Shown here: one piece after another, positions 41,701-55,735 of the stretch
Position numbering within the stretch: position 1 is the stretch's first letter
Layout: every line of letters begins with the position of its first letter
NCBI RefSeq assembly: GCF_000150275.1
Contig: NW_002060980.1
Coordinates: forward strand, 158,962 to 222,961
Source of the DNA: Trichoplax adhaerens
Taxonomy: Eukaryota; Animalia; Placozoa
Direction: 5' to 3'
DNA length: 64,000 nt
Position numbers and translations under genes: made by a program
The notes under the pieces: generated by a model
The model's database searches: none
Seen by the model: the letters and a program-made list of their open reading frames with translations, nothing else
What the model was told of the DNA's origin: nothing

Positions 41701-44700
41701 CCATTTCATCAATTGACATCTTAATGGATGCAATACTGTGACCGCTATTGAAGTACTGGTAATTGATGCACATTCCGGTAAGTCATACTTTCGAAGATAT
41801 GTTATTAGAAAATCTAGTCCGGATCTAATTCAATTTAAAAACAGGCAACATACGCAGATAAATTACAATCTTAATAATTCAAAAATACAATTTAATATTG
41901 CTATAATTGTTACTTCGTAGGACCAACAGAGCCATTGAACACGACTTCCCACGGAATGGAGAATGAATTCATGGAATTGCGGGATAGCAAGTAAGTTAGT
42001 ACACTCAATGCAGGATCATCATACTCTTTCGAATTTACGAATCTGTTCGGTTGAGTAAACGAAGTCGTATAAGTTAATAATAAGAAATAAGTTACTGTAT
42101 AATCAGTTAATTTATAATTATCACTAACATTCATCGTTATACTACGATAGTAAATTCTGCAATATTACCACCATCTACGATCTGCTATATAGTAATCATT
42201 ATATCCAACGATATTTACCTCCATGTTTCTTTCCAATAATTCCGTAAAGTTACTTCTTCAAATTCAAGACTAGATTTCTTTTCTGCTTTAAGAATCATAA
42301 CATTTATAAGGCAATATATTTATTAATTACCTCACTACCTTAATTTAACGAATGTAACTAGCTTAGAGTTAATGTATTTAAATCCTTATATAATAAATAT
42401 GATGCACCTAAACAATAAATCCTTAGTAAGAATTCTGACTCCGAAGTTTAATTTAATTGCAATAAGCTAAATATAATACCTTTAGTATGACAAGCTGCAA
42501 GAAGGCTCCGCTCGGCTCGAAAAATCAAATTTAGTATATCGCGTCTATAGAGTAGATTATGTAAGTTGTTACTTGATCTAGCATATGATACATTCCAATC
42601 GAATTATGGCCATTAGATACTGATTCAAATATTGTAGTACTACAATTTTAGTTCGGATAGATACAGTTACAGGTACCGTTTAAATCTAGAACGCAGGTTG
42701 AGAAGTATCTTAAAAAATTGTTGGTAATGCATCGGGCTAAGATCATCAGGATATTTGTTTATCACTGTGGTAAATAATTGCAACCTGGCAAGACAGTAGT
42801 TTAGCAAGATATAAGATAATTTCGCGTTTTTTCCTTTTTATGAGAAAGCTAGCTTCATCATTATGCAGTATCAGTTCAACGTACCAAGCGCAGATATCAT
42901 TATCTTGACTAGAACTTAATCTAGACTGCATCTCAGTCCACTTCGATTCAACCTTAGTCTTTTTTCTAGGACTTTCTATACAACAATTTTAGAAAATATC
43001 AGGTATAGTGTACTTGTATCTATTAATATTATTTAGCTTCTTAAACATATAATTGAAAAATATAGCAGACCTTCCGTAGATAAGTTATCACTGGCATAAT
43101 CTTGCATTTTAGTTACCTATGGTAACAGTTTTGATGATAAATATACAGCAAGATATGATCGAATTGTTAATGTTAACACAACAACAATGTTGTAAATTAT
43201 ATAATTATTCGAGTTCTCCAAAGATAAAACGAAATATAGTGAGACTATATTTATATCTTTGACAAAGTTTGGAAACGGTTATAATTAAGACATAATTGTG
43301 TTAGCCTCCTAACCTGATGTAAAATATCCCCCATGACGTCGACGTATAAATGCGAGAATGATATACTGTAAATATAAAAAGAATCTTACTTACTGATCGT
43401 ATAAATTTAACGGTTGTACTAAAAATTATCTAGTACAATTGTTATTTTTTATATCAGATAACAAACTTGGAGATTTTATTTTTGGTAAGTGCTTCTGACT
43501 CCAATAGCTCCAACAAATCTTGCATATTTTTCTATAACATTTGTTATAAATTGTTAAAAAATCCAACTGTCGCGGAGAACCGCTGTATAATACTCGCATA
43601 AAAAAGTTACCTTCCAATCAGCTGACAAATGGACATCTGCTCCATCAACCGTGTTGTCTGTCCCATTAGGGTAACGCACTGCCAATTGTATCTTCATGAA
43701 CAATACTATTTCATCCTAATTGTACGAATTTATTAACAAATTGATTATGTTACAGCAGTAATTACCTATGCAATGGTAAATACGCGTATATCATCTCGAA
43801 ATTAAATAATACGATATACCTTGCAATCTGATCGCGATTTATTCCACATTTCTAAAGCACAACGTAGGATTCGTTCACCAATTCTACAAACATATCTACG
43901 ATAGTTAATGGCGACAGCAAGCTGAAAGTGGTTCCATGCAGAAAGAATTCCTTTGAAGATGTGGACGTCTAACTTTTGGCTTCAAAACAAAAATGGTTAT
44001 AATATCGGATTAATTGCTTGTAAGAGATTCTAAAAAGGTCAACATTCTCTCTATCAATGACTTACTCAACCATGTCGAATATGTTTTCAAAAAATTTAAA
44101 CAAGCAACGGTTATAAATAGCTTGGCTATGTTTCCTTGCGCCAACCAATAGACGAATTAAAACTTCAATTAAAACTTGTCTATCGTAGCCTATCGAAGTA
44201 CGATCCAACCGACATGCTTCTAATAATAGGTCACAGTAAAGATTGATAAGATCTAGAAAAGTTACAAAAGAAAAACTTTTAATTAGTGAGTAAATATAGA
44301 CTAACTAGTCACAGCAATAACAGTTGTTTCCGGCAGAAAATAATTTCATCATTCAAGTTGTAGCTATCCACGTATTAATTTCTTGATTACCGTTCCAGTG
44401 CTCATCTAGCATATCGCATTGATACTTCCAAATGCTTAAAAATTCTTTCAATAATATTTTACTATAGTCACCACCAAATAATTTTCGCATAGCTTGGTTC
44501 TTAAGTACCTTTACCATATGTCCGATAATGCACTGAGCCGATAGTATCAGTCCGCCTTTTTATGTAATTACAGTCAAATGATTAATTTCCCTATGAAATA
44601 CACTAACACAGAATCAGTTAGAATTGATGCTTACGTTTATTGATGGTATGAATTGTCGTTCGATACAGGTTTGTAACATTCTGGAGGTAAATTGAACAAA

Positions 44701-46908
44701 AATAATGTAAGGTTAAGTCCAATATTTAAAGTCTATCAGCAACGTCTTGGAGCGTATTGCTGGTAGATACAGAAATACGTATAAGTTTTAGTTCTCCGAG
44801 TCGCACTACGTAATAATGCTACACTTATAAATCGTATTATGTTGTATAATTAAATGCATATACTGGAACATGTTACTATATTGAAGTTACACAGGTTATA
44901 TTTAATGAACAGATACCCATGCTCTGCATTGTACTGTTATCGTAATCCTAATCTACTATCCCTTAGATCATCTACACGTGTTCTACCTCAGCATTTTATG
45001 ACAATCATTCTTATACCGTATTAAAATATTTAATTGCTTAAAGCATAAAATATAGCCAGAAAGATGCATTCTACTTGATTTTGCATAATATTATCTAATT
45101 TCAATGTCTTGGAATCTCGAATTTTTGCACTATTGTCTCAACAATCAATCACTTGTGATTTGGACCTGTAGTAAGAATATAGCAATCCCTAAATTTTATC
45201 TTTCAGTATTAAGGTAAGAATAGAAGTAATCATATATCTTAATATTAACTAGATGTCACGATAGAAATTTATCTTCCAATAGTAGATTCATTAAACTTAC
45301 TGTTGTTAATCAATGAATTAACTCTATCATAAGATTAATTCGTATTCATTGGACTAGTAAATAATAGATCAGCAATCTCATTATGATACGCTTGATATTT
45401 TTACTTAAGGTCCTATTGTATCATGAACAAGTGCTATTTTAAAATATCAAACTTTGCTGCAAGAGTTAATGCAATAGTATTTGCTCACAACAGCTCTAAA
45501 TGGTATTAGGTAATTTTGAGCGACTATCATGCGAGCATTATGCGAGTATATCGTACAGACTTTCACAATGCCGAAGGTATTTTGTGTCATGACGCTATTG
45601 TATACCATTGCAAATACGAGCAAGCCAAGCATAGCATGAATCAGACATGATAGATCGAATTTTAATGTTAATTAGTTGTCTTACCGTTTTACGTTTCTCC
45701 AGTGAAGGCAGCGATGATGATGCATGGTATACTTTTGTGCTAGATTTGCTTAACGCTTCTGCTTCAAGACGGACAAAGCTACAAACGGACTCGTACACTT
45801 CATTCCATGTAATTGCATCCAGACCAGAAGAGGAATTTATTGTCCTGCTGTCTAGTAATTGAATAACCTCATCATGTTGTAATAATAGCTGTATTTTCTC
45901 AGCAGCATTCTAAAATAAAAGTAAAATTTGATCGGAAAAGGAATTTAAAAAGTTAATTGTTGTCAAGATCAATGACAGTTAATTCTGATTTGAAAAATTT
46001 TAATCTAACTATGATCATAGAAGGAAGTAGTACACTATACTATTTTGGCAACGTATGCAATACTCGTAGGCCATAAAATTGGTTGCAAATTGCAGCTATG
46101 TTGCTGCCAAGAGCCCTACATCATGATCACCTTGATGTATCATTAGCAACCTGTAGTAGTGATTGGAAACTATAGTTTATGGTATTATAGTAGTCAAACG
46201 CATTATTTGGCAGCATACGAATACGAGTCAGCTATTGATTAGTTCGAAATTGCAGTTACGTTGTTGCTGTAATTACTCCTCATGCACACCACTACGTACA
46301 ATATATACAACAATGTTAATTGAAGTGCAAGCCAGGCCAATGGCATCCAACAATCATAAGCTAACCTACACCACTGTAAGATCCTATCATTGAAATTCTA
46401 ATTCAGTTTAGGTTAAAATGCATTTTTGTCCGTTTTTCAATTTTCAATCCTGTAGTAATATTTACATTTACATTCATGACAACTTAAAGTTGATTATACA
46501 GTAGTCTTGCAGTGATCGCAAGCACGATCACGATTCTTAGTTTAAAACTGGATGCTTATTTGTTCATGTCTGCTATATCATTGGTGAGCGACATTATCAG
46601 CAACTACCTGATCAATTAGGACTGGATTTGGTCCGATTAAACACTCGAATCTCGAGCACCTTAAAAGCCGACATGATCAATACTGTACGGTGTACTGTAC
46701 ACATCATGTTGACGTTTACGCGTTTAAGTGACTATCCAATCATGCTGCATATTGAACGGATTAGTAACACCTACTCGTAGCTACTTATTCAATTATGGTA
46801 CATGATATTCATTGGATGCAATTGTACAAGATGATGGAGAAATACCTTTCGCTCGGTTTGCTTCTCCGAAGTTAATTTCTTGCAACAATCAATAATCGAT
46901 CTCTCCAT
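29729..46908 (-). CDS. ATM: Serine/threonine-protein kinase ATM (multi-exon)
   Basis: Start exon 46908-46846 encodes [21 protein letters not shown] (TAN motif). Many small HEAT-region exons follow. FAT/kinase exon 33534-31131 ([23 protein letters not shown]). Last exon 30670-29729 has [25 protein letters not shown] and the FATC end [12 protein letters not shown]. Confidence 0.95.
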
Positions 46909-47084
46909 GATACGAGCACTTTTACTTGATGCTTTGAGGCTGCTTCTAAAGTTGTGGCGATTTGAGAGCGGAGCTCTCTTACTGCACGCTTTACTATCAT
47001 CTATCTACACTATGCACTGTGCAGTACGTCCAGTAATACAGCACAGTAGAGTAATGGAGCTTGTCTAGGCGCGACCTGCTTGTC

Positions 47085-47235
47085 CAAGAAACTACAGTAC
47101 TGTACTGTAGGTCTAGTGACGTAAAATATTATACTGTACTGTACTGCACAGTACAGTACAGTACTGCAGTACAGTATAAGTACTGTAGTAAAAGTACTGT
47201 ACAGTACAGTACTTTTGTACAGCATACAGTACACG
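47085..47235. promoter_or_regulatory. TACTG/CAGTA pentamer array upstream of ATM
   Basis: Dense tactgtac/gtacagta units in both orientations ~180-330 bp upstream of the ATM ATG. The regulatory role is inferred from position. Confidence 0.55.
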
Positions 47236-49324
47236 GTAAAAAGTTACTGAACCTCTGACAGGTCTATCAAATGGTAATACTATCTGTTAAATGAGCACAT
47301 TATCGTAAACCGTCAGCAAAGCGACGGGAGTTTGCACTAGTAAATATTGAATTTAACAAATTACAGCAGTTAATATTAGTACATATTAGCTGTCAGGGAA
47401 AATTTTAATTACTGCTTCAGTAGTAGATTCATGATCAATAAGTAGACCATCTGATACGCGTTTTGCACATACGAGTTCGTAAGCATATTTCACGGCTATT
47501 GCCACAAAATGATTAGAACACCACTGAACCGCTAATAAGTAACTAGAAATTGCTGTAGTAATTGTGCTTAGCCTCAATGTACTATAGAGAAACTTCGATT
47601 TAACTGGATTGTGCATAATCTATCCATACTGTTTCGAAATTTCATTTTAAAATAAACGCTACAAAAATTATCCCAAATTGAACTACTAAATCATGATTCA
47701 GCAATCCAAAGCACAGCCATGCGCTGTTACTCAGCTTCATACTACTGTAATGTACTGGTAATGTTCAGAATTACAGGTTCATGATCAGCTAACTGAGCTG
47801 AGACTCGCAATGGACTTGACTACACCGGTGATCACTGAAGGGAACACAGTTTTATTTAAGGATATAAAAACAGGATGTTAAATGAAATTTTTGTAGACTC
47901 CTTTTGCTCATGTTGTTACTTGGTATGATAACTGCGCTTGTTCACACGTACTGTACGAAGCCTCGTCATATTAAATCTGGAAGAAATTTCAGTTTACTAT
48001 TACTGGTTGCATGCACATGGACAACTGAACAAGTTGACTGCTGTTTCATTAAGTACGCGCACGTTAAACTGTACATTATAACGGCAGTGATCATTACACA
48101 CACGCAGAATTAGCTACTGGTAGTAATATTTTCACTGTTTGTGTGCATATTATTAAAGCTAGTACAATAGCGATTCGGTAAACGTGCATTATATATACTT
48201 TATCATTAATGAATAGTAAAACAAAGCAGTATTTATCTATAAAGCATGTTCAAGTATACTTATCTTTAGTGATAATTTTCTCATCTTTTTTCAACTAAAC
48301 AATTCATAAATAGCTAAAACATCGATGGTGTTTTGTATGCGTACGTGCACACTGTTCAGTATTACTACTTCGATACCATTTTACCACGTCTACGTAATTA
48401 AAATTGATCGTCGATTTTTGCCAGTTATTTTCACGATAAGTTATCTTTTAATTAGTTATCTGCAGCACTAAATAGATGTATCTAAGCTAATTTTGCTTGA
48501 GTTGTACAAAATAGATGCAATCAATTTGATAATGTACCGGTAATTGGTAGCGAGTGATTTATTTGCTATACTGTATACTACAATCGTTTACTACTATAGA
48601 ATTTATAGTGTATATATACGTAATTATACATTCAAGACTGCAGATGATATTGATCAGGATGTTACCCTAGAAACGTACATTTTCAAGATCAAGATACTGT
48701 TTTAATTCAATTGATTTGAGTCTTGATTGTACACCAGACAAAAAAATTTCAGACAAGATTTACGAATTTAATTTATGCAATTTTGTGAACAATACAATAT
48801 CACATTGCATCTTGACGTATATGAACAACTATAGGATATAATTAAATGGCAGATCATATATTATCGCGTATTTATTATTAATAAAGTTATACATAAATAT
48901 TTTCTATTCAGTTAAGAGTGTAGTCTCGTTATGAGTACTATCGCAAGCCGTGGCTTCAGTTACGGAAATCAAGCATACTGGAGGTACATTCCGTTGCTGT
49001 ATTGTTTAATACGTGTTAGCTTTAGCACTCTTATCTGAAACCGATATATTAATGATACTCTTCATATCAAGTGAGTACGATTAAATACGGTGCTTATCTT
49101 GGTAAGTAAGGGCATTGATAGAATGCTTGGGGAAATATTTCGGTTGGATAGATAGGGATTCTCGTGTAATGATATTTGCTAGTAATTCCTACTATAGGTA
49201 AAAACTTTTCAAATAGTACACAACTAGTTGATAATGATATGTTATACAGATATTAAATCGTACTAGGAGGAGGTGGTAATAGCGAGTACGATAGTAAGTT
49301 GTATTAAGCTAGACTTATCTGCTT

Positions 49325-52300
49325 TTATAATTCATCATATTTACGCTTTTTAAAACGTGGATAAATAATAAAGCCAGCAATGGCACCAAGAACGACAACC
49401 AACAAAAGACAAACAATAACAAATGCATATACTAGACCGTTGTTGCTTTTAGGAGCTGTTGTCGGGTGTGGTATTCCAATGTGTTTAAAGCTCCACCATC
49501 GTAAAGATGTTGCCAGTGAGGCGAAAGCAACGGTAGAAACATGTAAGTTACACTCATCTAGAAAAATTGAAGATATTTATTAGAAAGCATTATAAATACT
49601 ATTAATATCATCATTGGAGTAACATCAATTACAGGCTAATGGTCTGCTTGTTATCAATAAAGTTAAAACCGTGATATCATGTAAGCTAACCGTATACTGT
49701 AGCAATAATTAACGCACTTCCAAGATACATAAGAATAGAAAATAATTGATTATTTATTGGCTGCAATTACGAAAGTACCGTAGACAGAAAGTTTTAGTTC
49801 ATATTCAATAATTTCGAGACTTCAGAAATAGATATTTGATTGCAAACTATTTCCATGAATCTATTTAATTTTATGGTAGAATAACTTTAACATGAAGTTA
49901 TTCTACAATATAATAGCTACAATACTCTTCGATACCGTTGTATTCTAAATTACCTGATGCAAGATCCGCCCTTGAGTTAATTAGTTCTAACGATGAAGAT
50001 ATTTGAACGCTATTGTATAAACATAACATGCAGGGTAAGTGCATTATTCTTATAATATAAAATAGGTTGTTAAGATAGAATTTTATAACGGTATTTTATT
50101 AAGATACACACTAAAGGCACCCGTAGTATGGTACTTCATACAGCGAGTACAACAAAGTTGAGCAAATCCATTGATATAGAATCAACTAATAATGCATTCG
50201 TTCGAAATATTATTGCATTAATTATCTTATGCCATTGAAACATTTACCTCTGTGATCTTCGATTACGAGCGGAGTTTTTGAAGCATCCGCTTCTTGCTTG
50301 ATACTTGAAAACTTGATGCAATGGATAAATGCTAACAAATTCAACATATCCAAACATTCCACCACATATAATGATTTGTTGTAGTAGTAATTCAGCTTTA
50401 TTTATATCAGAAATGTTATTATGTAGAATTTTTTTAAAGTCCATATAAATTCTAGAACATAAACTCTCTTCTACCGCCATCAGACGACGTATTCCACCAG
50501 CTAATTTAACTAATTTAAATCCACAATAATCAAGCTGACGAATGAAATAATCCGTATAAAGTTGACTGACAGCTAAACCCATTCTTGTTCCTGGTTGTGA
50601 AATGTAATTCCAACAAGCCTCTGTCGTATTAAAATAAAAAGATAAGATTAATTAAGGTTACAATATGAAATATTACATATGCATATAATGAAAAAATAGG
50701 AGCGTTAATTCAGTTGAGTTGGTTAAACTTATAAATACTGAAATATAAAAATAAATCATTTAAATTCTAATAATTTGATGGATTTGATGTTAACGAACAG
50801 ATTATAGCTGTATGATCATTTTAATGAATGTTATGGTAGTAGTTCAAAATGTTCATTGGATACTTTATCATTTACTGTACAGCTGATTCAAAAGTACGTT
50901 ACTTAATTAGGACATTGACGGATGGTATTAAGGCATTGGTCAAGACATGAAAGCTTCTTTTTTAACTTATAAAAACATTTTCCTGGCTGCTACTTTGTTA
51001 CGGAATGAATTATCTAAGCACTGCATATCCTGTATTGATTCTGGCTAAAAACGGAAAGCGTGATAGCAATTATTTAAAGATGCTCAAGGATTGTAAATAT
51101 ATAACATAATCGCATTTTTCATCGATAGGGTCATTGATGATTATGGAACATTAAATACCATAATTTTTAACAAACATTTTTGTGAATTGATTGTTTTTCT
51201 GTCGATTAATGATAATAGAGCTCAAGAGTCAATTTCATAATTGAACTTAACCTACAGTAACGCTAATTTTAGACAGCAATAAGCTAAATAATAAGGAAAA
51301 CCGATAAGGGAATTATAAAGATTTGGCGTTTGTTTATTAAATATCGGGAGTCATTGTGATAGCAATCTCTAGAGTAACGTTTAGTCGATCACCCTTAAAT
51401 CTAGAAATATGTTTAACTTCAATTCGTGAACGAAGATAATAATAGTCATCGAATAGAAGAACAAAAGCTGGCAAATCTCATTCATACTTTTGTGTATGAA
51501 TTATGTTCTATACTGTACAATCGTACTGAAATTTCGAGCAGATCATCTTTATTACTCTAGATCTTTAAAAAGGCAATTTAATGGTGATCATTATTAGATG
51601 AATATAAAATCTTACAGATATTATCTTATATTCCGTACCATACCTGTTACATTGCAACTAGCGGAGCCGATACTGCCGCTAAGTGTAGTGGCGATACAAA
51701 TTTCAGACATATTAGATGGAAACGTATTAGCTGGAGTCGGTCCTGAAATAGGAAGAGATGGTTTTGTGCCATTGATATAACGCGCTACGGCAGCAAAGGA
51801 CACTTCTTCACTAAATACTAATCGATATTCAGGTGAAAATTTTTCCAGCGAATTTTGGAATAGAATGTTTACCGCTACATTCATTTCACTGATTCGCTTA
51901 ACATCTTGTGAAGATAAATATGAATTTTCCAGGAAGTACTCTTTCGTTATATCTCTGAAAGCACCTGAAATGAGTAATTCGAATCTCCCATTAAACAAGT
52001 TTTCCGTATTCGGAATACACAATAGTTAGCACAGCATATTGCTAAGTTAAAACGTTATCATCAAAGGAGTAACGACCAGTTTTATTGTTACGTTTACAAT
52101 ATATAAACGTAAAATCGTAATACTCTAACCTACGACAGCATTTTAACTATGTGTTCGGTAGTTTCTTAAAACATATGTATCATAAGAGCCTTCTAATTGT
52201 CAGTCAGAGTGTATCAGAGGTGTAGTTTAGGTAATGACAATAGTTTTAAAATTTTCATTTATTTTTAGTGGCTTAAATGTATACGATGATTAAATCTTAA

Positions 52301-52879
52301 CGTAAATCTTAGTATTATACTTGTTTATTACTAGTTAGTGATTAATAATAGGTGTAAGAAACTGACTGCATTGATCGTCTAATAGTATAAATATTATATC
52401 TGCACAAGTAACGTAACGCTATCTGCTTTCACTGGTAGCAGAGACTTTTCACTACTATGTCTATAAAGATCAAGTGGAGAGTTATTATAAGTGAAGGTTG
52501 AAAAAGTTATATTATCATTTATACTCAATCTCTCAAATGTATACAAGCGAAATTTCAAACCTTTTCGTTAATTTAATAGCTTGATAAAATTCAGAAATAT
52601 GCAAGAAAATTAACAAAAATAAAAGAGTGAACTCTCGCTTTAAAATTAGTAACCAGCTTAGTACTTACTTATTGCTATCAATAAGTTGTAAGCATCCAAC
52701 CATTTTAAATTTGCCCTTTCCTTCTTAATATATTTTAATAATTCTTGCTCTGCCCTGATGGTATGGTTAAAACTTTCTTTTCTAGGATCTATCGATGCTG
52801 AAATAGATTTAATACCAGCGATATTATCGAATGAAAGAGATGAAATTATAAGGATCCAGATCAACTTTTGCAATTCCAT
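49325..52879 (-). CDS. UPF0764/C16orf89-like type-I membrane protein, divergent copy 6
   Basis: Exons 52879-52669, 51964-51644, 50620-50248, 50009-49954, 49557-49325. Same intron phases as copies 2-4. Signal peptide, LCSRIY, ICGG, GCF, RNRR, DEC..H, TM, ends KRKYDEL*. Confidence 0.85.
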
Positions 52880-55735
52880 GGCCGAGATACCACTACGACT
52901 GCAAGATGAGACTAATTTTTAACAATAAAAAGGTCAATCTGACGAAAAATGTTAAAAAGACAAGAAAAAAATGTATATAAAGAGGCTATAGCTCTAACTT
53001 TTCTTTGAAACGATCAAAAACGCTAATGAATAATAGTAAGCAATAATCAATAATCAAATGACGATGAAGGCAATAAAGAAAACCATTCTTTTGTTTTGCA
53101 AATTATAAGACAAGTGCAACGATAATGTAATAACGACGGTTTTGTACACAGCAATACAACTAATTAAGTATTCATTTATTGCTTCATATTTTCTGTCTTG
53201 ATTGATGTAGCATATCATCTTCGTCTGAATTGTTTAAGCAAACAATTCAAATGAAATGTACTCTTTCATCTTCTTTTCCAATCAATTATAGACAATGGAG
53301 TCAAGGTATACTTAAATTAGACTACTTAGTTTATAAATATTTCATGATCCATTATCAAGTTTATACGTTTTGATAGATAAAAAAAATATTTAAAATTTCA
53401 ATGAAGATCATCAATTCAGATGCATCTATCACATTGTAATACAGTGAATGATGGATGATACATAGAATAGGGGGAAATCGAAAATATCTGATAATCTTTT
53501 ATGTTATCAGAAATGTTGATTATAATAGGACAGTTTGAAACGTAAAATTAAGCTAGTAAAGATTGCTACTGCATTACTTACTAAGTAATAGTGATGAGAT
53601 TTTGGTAATGGAGAAAATATCAGAGTAAATGAGATCGAGAAAAGTAATTTGTTAATTTGTTAGGGCAAGAGTGATTGTCTAAAGTTGCTTGGAAAGTTAC
53701 AATTTCGGTGTAATATTAACATACTAACTGAGAAGCGAAGGTATCATGCCTCAAACGACAATGAAATGAACTGGTTGATATTGTACCTATATCCTCAAAT
53801 GAACATTTTTTGATACCGTTACAAATTAATATATGCAGGACTTGGTCAATGACTCAACTCAGATGTGAAATGTGTTTATAACCATGATATGATTCATCCA
53901 AAAGTATTGCCGCAAGATATAAATAAGAACTGTAACACCGTTCATGTACTGTCAATTGACAATTGTGCTTCTATAGTATTACTGTAAAATTTTTTCTTCT
54001 AACAGTGCCATAGAATTGAAACTAGACAGTATCATACAGCATAATCAGATTTTAAGGCTAAAAAATTTATTGGCAATGATTTCGGCCGTACAATATCGGC
54101 GTAAATACTTCAGGTTTTGCTTGCTATATATCTCTGGCTATAGTGAATTTTATTTTCTTCACAGGCCTCATCTAACCTTTACATAATCAAACAAAGGTAG
54201 TATGACATTAATAGCATTGTATGTAATAAAAATAATTTTCTTTCGGCTTAATTTCTTTTTCCTTCATTTGCGAATGGTTTTTGAATTGATTTTGACTTCT
54301 ACCATTGTCTGATTGCAATTGTATATGCGTAGAAGAAGCTATACAATATTATTGAGGCCTAGACGATAGTGCCATTTCTAACGTTGTCTTGGACCTATAA
54401 ATACATCTTTCACAAAAGTAATAGATGCATACCTACGCGTATTAGCATTTTTATTGTTTAGAAAAAAGGCAGGTGTTCTATTCAAGTCTGAGATGTCATA
54501 ATCCTTACCTAATATATCGTCATACTTAATACTAACTCTTGTAAGTATCAGATCTATTGACAGCCGGTACGTAGGTGCCAATAGCGTATAAAAAAATAGA
54601 TGTGTATGCGAAGGATGAAATTGACGGGAAATAGGATAATCTAGTGCTTGTTACCGTATTTGATAACTCTCATCTATATTCACGCTAGTAAGGATTAGCA
54701 TTGTTGATTGTCATGGAAGCCTCTATACGGATATCAAAGCGTCCATCTTAGCTTCAAAAATGAACAATTAAAATAATTCAAACAGGCGAATTTAGTGCGC
54801 ACAGAAGATAACATCGGTGTCATAATCTCATTTTAATTCCTGCGATATTCTACTTTGCCTAGCAAACTACTACTACCTGTATTAAAAAATGCGGTATTTA
54901 CTATTAGTACGTATTATTTACAAAACCGTGCTTTGAATACCACCTTGATTAATATATAAGTAGCTCTTTTTCTTTTGAATCGCGATAGTACAAGTTATGA
55001 CAAGTTATCAATGGCATTCGTAATATGATCAAAGGACTATCCTATACATAAATTAGACAATTGCGGCGGTTTTCTTATCTAAACTCATTATTTTATGGTG
55101 CTTTCATTTTCCCATGATTCCAAATGAAATGTCCAGTGTATGACTATTACAGGCAAAGGATTAAATAAAATCTTAGGTATTACTCTGATATCTTATTAAA
55201 TTATAGAATTGTAAACATCAATTCATACGAATGGAGTATTTAGACTAATTTTTTTTTGAAATGTTGTTTATACGTGACATCGTACGGGCCCCGTCTATAT
55301 CCGTATGATCCTCACTATGGGAGAATGCAAATGACCAGTTCTGTACAAAAGATAGACTAACGCGTCAGTAAAGTACCATGCCATGGAGTGTAGTTTCCGC
55401 CATAGAGTTAGATAAAAGAAAGAGCTTTCTTCTTTTACACCTATGACTTTTCGCACTTTGCTGCAAGAAACTGTCTGTCTCGTACTTTAACGTTGCATAC
55501 TGTACTGTACTTCGGGAGCCTGACTGTTGCAGTCTGTAAAACAAACGAGTTCTTCTTATAGTGTTTACTTATAAAATTAACAAATAAATTTCAGTCGCAG
55601 CTTTTGTTCGTTAGTAATGCGAAATCGTAGAGGTAAGAGTTAAGTGTCTTACCTCGACTAAAGTCGTATACGAATGCCACTTACTGAACGTGACCAACGG
55701 TGCTAATTAAGTTAACCATCAACGTGTGATGAAAG

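Noticed and set aside
42740-42760. ATATCCTG on - resembling a U12 AT-AC donor in ATM
   Set aside because: It lies within coding sequence (NKYPDDL) of a normal GT-AG exon in another frame.
47010-47258. Y/S/T/V/C-rich ORFs on both strands (likewise 55681-56216)
   Set aside because: They are translations of the TACTG/CAGTA arrays.
47778-47845. Possible C/D box snoRNA (atgatca...ctga)
   Set aside because: The C box is non-canonical and no rRNA complement was identified.
49325-49340. C-terminal YDEL as a KDEL-type ER retention signal
   Set aside because: It lies on the cytosolic side of the TM and is better read as YxxL, like the paralogs.
55375-55405. MAETTLHGM on - resembling the DEG/ENaC HG motif
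   Set aside because: It is followed by a stop, with no convincing TM1 or Cys-rich ectodomain.
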